Part shown: one piece after another, positions 54,838 to 56,687 of the stretch
How positions within the stretch are numbered: position 1 is the stretch's first letter
Layout: each line of letters opens with the position of its first letter
Assembly: GCA_034667725.1 (NCBI GenBank)
Contig: JAXDQS010000011.1
Span: 1-56,687, forward strand
Direction: 5' to 3'
DNA: 56,687 nt
Origin: Thermoplasmata archaeon
GTDB lineage: Archaea; Thermoplasmatota; E2; JACPAO01; JAHFTW01
Translations under genes and position numbers: made by a program
Notes under the pieces: generated by a model
Seen by the model: only the letters and a program-made list of their open reading frames with translations
The model's database searches: none
Told to the model about the DNA's origin: nothing

Positions 54838-56687
54838 ATGGACCTCCTGACCCTCGCCCTCGTCGTTTTGGCTGGCGCCACCGCCGTCGCCATCGCGGCC
54901 GAGGCCATCCGCCGCCCCATCCTGTGCCAGATGGCGGCCCGCAACGCGCTGCGCCGCCCCAAGCAGACCGTGACCGTGGTGGCCGGCCTCCTGATCGGCA
55001 CCGCCATCATCAGCTCGGCCCTGGTCGCGGGCGACTCGGCGCGCGGCGCCATCCGCGGCTACGTGTACCAGTCGCTCGGCGAGGTCGACGAGTCGGTCGC
55101 CATCCCCGCCTACCCGTTCTTCCCCGAGGCCATCCACCGCCTGTTCGCGACCGACCCGGCGCTGCGCGGGGACTTCGACGCCGTGGCGCCGCACGTGATT
55201 TGGCAAGGCGCCGCCGAGGAGCCGGAAAGCGGCCTGTTCGAGCCGAACGTCGCCGTCGTCGGCTACGACCTCGACGCGGACGCCGGCTTCGGCGTGTTCG
55301 AGACGGACGCCGGCAGCCTCGACGGCCGCGGCTTGCGGCCCGGCCAAGCCATCGTGACCGAAGTGCTCGCCAAGGCGCTGGAGGCCGGGCCCGGCGACAC
55401 CGTCCGCCTGAGCTACGTCGCCCCCATCGACCCGCTGCTGCCGCGCCTCCACTTCCTCAACGGCACCGCCGGCCCGGGCACGCCGGCGCCGCTGCCGCTG
55501 CCGTTGCCGCCGCAGGCCCCCAAGGTCGCGGCCGGCAACCACGCCATCCCCGTCGGGCCCGGCGCGACCCGCATCGTGCTCGCCTTGGGTTGGCAGCTCG
55601 CGCCGGCGCCGCCGCTGCCTGCCACCGCGAGCGTCACGGCCACGCTGACGGCGCCGTCGGGCACTAGGTTCGAGGCAGCCGGCGGGTATCCGCTCTGGCT
55701 CAACGTCACGGCCGCGCCGGACGCCGTGCTGGAGGAGGGCAACTGGACGCTGGCGGTCGCGGCGGACCTCCCCGACACGCCCTACTCCGGCGTGGTCATC
55801 GTGCTGCACCCGGTCTACGACTTGGCCCTGCTGCAAGAGCGCGCGGAGGCGTTGCAGAAGGAGTTCGGCGACCTCAAGGACGCCATCGAGGGCCTCACCG
55901 GCTTCTCGGAGCGCCGCACCGTCGAGTTCACGGTCGCCGCCGTCACCACCGGCGGCCGCGGCGACCTGTTCGACCTCCGCAACGTGCTGTTCATCGGCAT
56001 CGGCGAAGCGCAACAGTTGTTCGGCCGCGAGGGGCAGATCAACGTCCTCAAGTTCAGCAACCCCGGCGACGCCAAGCAGGGCGAGGCGGGCAGCGCGGCC
56101 GCCATGCAGCTGCTGAACCAGACGCTGGAGAAGGTGCGCGGCCGCTACCCCGGCGTCCCGAGCGTCCAGGCGCTCCAGGCCAACAACCTCAAGCACGACT
56201 CCCTGGCCACCGCGGACAACGCCGGCCAGACCCTCACCAACCTGCTGGTGTTCGCCGGCAGCCTCAGCATCATCACCGGGCTCCTCTTGATCCTCAACAT
56301 CTTCACGATGCTCGCCGAGGAGCGCCGCAGCGAGCTTGGGATGGCGCGCGCCGTCGGCCTCACCCGCTCCGACCTGGTGCGGATGTTCCTGTTCGAGGGC
56401 TTCCTCTACGCCATCGCCGCGGCCATCATCGGCGCGCTCCTGGGCATGGCGCTCGCGTTCCTGATGATCGAGGTCATGAACGCCATCGTGTCGCAGCTGG
56501 CCTCCGACCTCAGCTTCCCGCCCATCGAGTACCGGCCCAGCCTCGACGCGTTCCTCGCCGCCGCCTCCACCGGCGCCCTGCTGACCTCGCTGACCATCCT
56601 GTTCGCGAGCCTCCGCCAGAGCCGCCTCAACGTCGTGCGCGCCATCCGCCGCCTCGAGGAGCCGGAGCACCTCGGCAGCCGCCTCGC
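54838..56687 (+). CDS. FtsX/MacB-type ABC permease (runs off window)
   Basis: Manual translation from ATG 54838: MAARNALRRPKQT..GL.IGTAIISSALV.GDS...NIFTMLAEERRSELGMARAVG..FLFEG. Confidence 0.9.
   Translation, partial: MDLLTLALVVLAGATAVAIAAEAIRRPILCQMAARNALRRPKQTVTVVAGLLIGTAIISSALVAGDSARGAIRGYVYQSLGEVDESVAIPAYPFFPEAIHRLFATDPALRGDFDAVAPHVIWQGAAEEPESGLFEPNVAVVGYDLDADAGFGVFETDAGSLDGRGLRPGQAIVTEVLAKALEAGPGDTVRLSYVAPIDPLLPRLHFLNGTAGPGTPAPLPLPLPPQAPKVAAGNHAIPVGPGATRIVLALGWQLAPAPPLPATASVTATLTAPSGTRFEAAGGYPLWLNVTAAPDAVLEEGNWTLAVAADLPDTPYSGVVIVLHPVYDLALLQERAEALQKEFGDLKDAIEGLTGFSERRTVEFTVAAVTTGGRGDLFDLRNVLFIGIGEAQQLFGREGQINVLKFSNPGDAKQGEAGSAAAMQLLNQTLEKVRGRYPGVPSVQALQANNLKHDSLATADNAGQTLTNLLVFAGSLSIITGLLLILNIFTMLAEERRSELGMARAVGLTRSDLVRMFLFEGFLYAIAAAIIGALLGMALAFLMIEVMNAIVSQLASDLSFPPIEYRPSLDAFLAAASTGALLTSLTILFASLRQSRLNVVRAIRRLEEPEHLGSRL

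Noticed and set aside
50918-54850. Very long Arg/Pro/Gly-rich ORFs (this 1310-aa one, 25310..28639, 11300..13894 and others)
   Set aside because: Shadow frames of real genes in high-GC DNA

Overview
High-GC archaeal chromosomal segment. Archaeal markers are Nep1, two PurP-family ligases, Dph6, archaeal DnaG and A/V-type ATPase subunit D; a Thermoplasmatota-like aerobic heterotroph is my inference. The window holds about 58 CDS: heme o/a synthesis, a five-gene cytochrome bc-type cluster, a beta-oxidation/ETF operon, a split NAD synthetase, DnaJ, transporters and many lipoproteins/surface proteins. I found no rRNA, tRNA, CRISPR array or transposase. The most striking unexplained element is a ~550-nt non-coding stretch at ~16460-17010, convergent with dnaG. 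It is built almost entirely of back-to-back C(UUCG)G and GCAA-capped hairpins, closed by long-range helices, and carries a repeated loop-E-like module; it looks like a large, ornate ncRNA of no class I recognise. Other leads: a convergent DGQHR/DpdB-like + TGT-ArcS(DUF5591)-like gene pair (possible minimal 7-deazaguanine modification system); a glutaredoxin-AsnB-GshA operon (possible amidated thiol); a structured dnaG leader; two ~90-nt hairpin insertions flanked by direct repeats; a start-less zinc-ribbon ORF in frame behind the atpD stop; and an 'APHLG' C-terminal sorting motif. All protein calls come from motif recognition, not database searches. Many starts were re-placed by hand relative to the ORF track.
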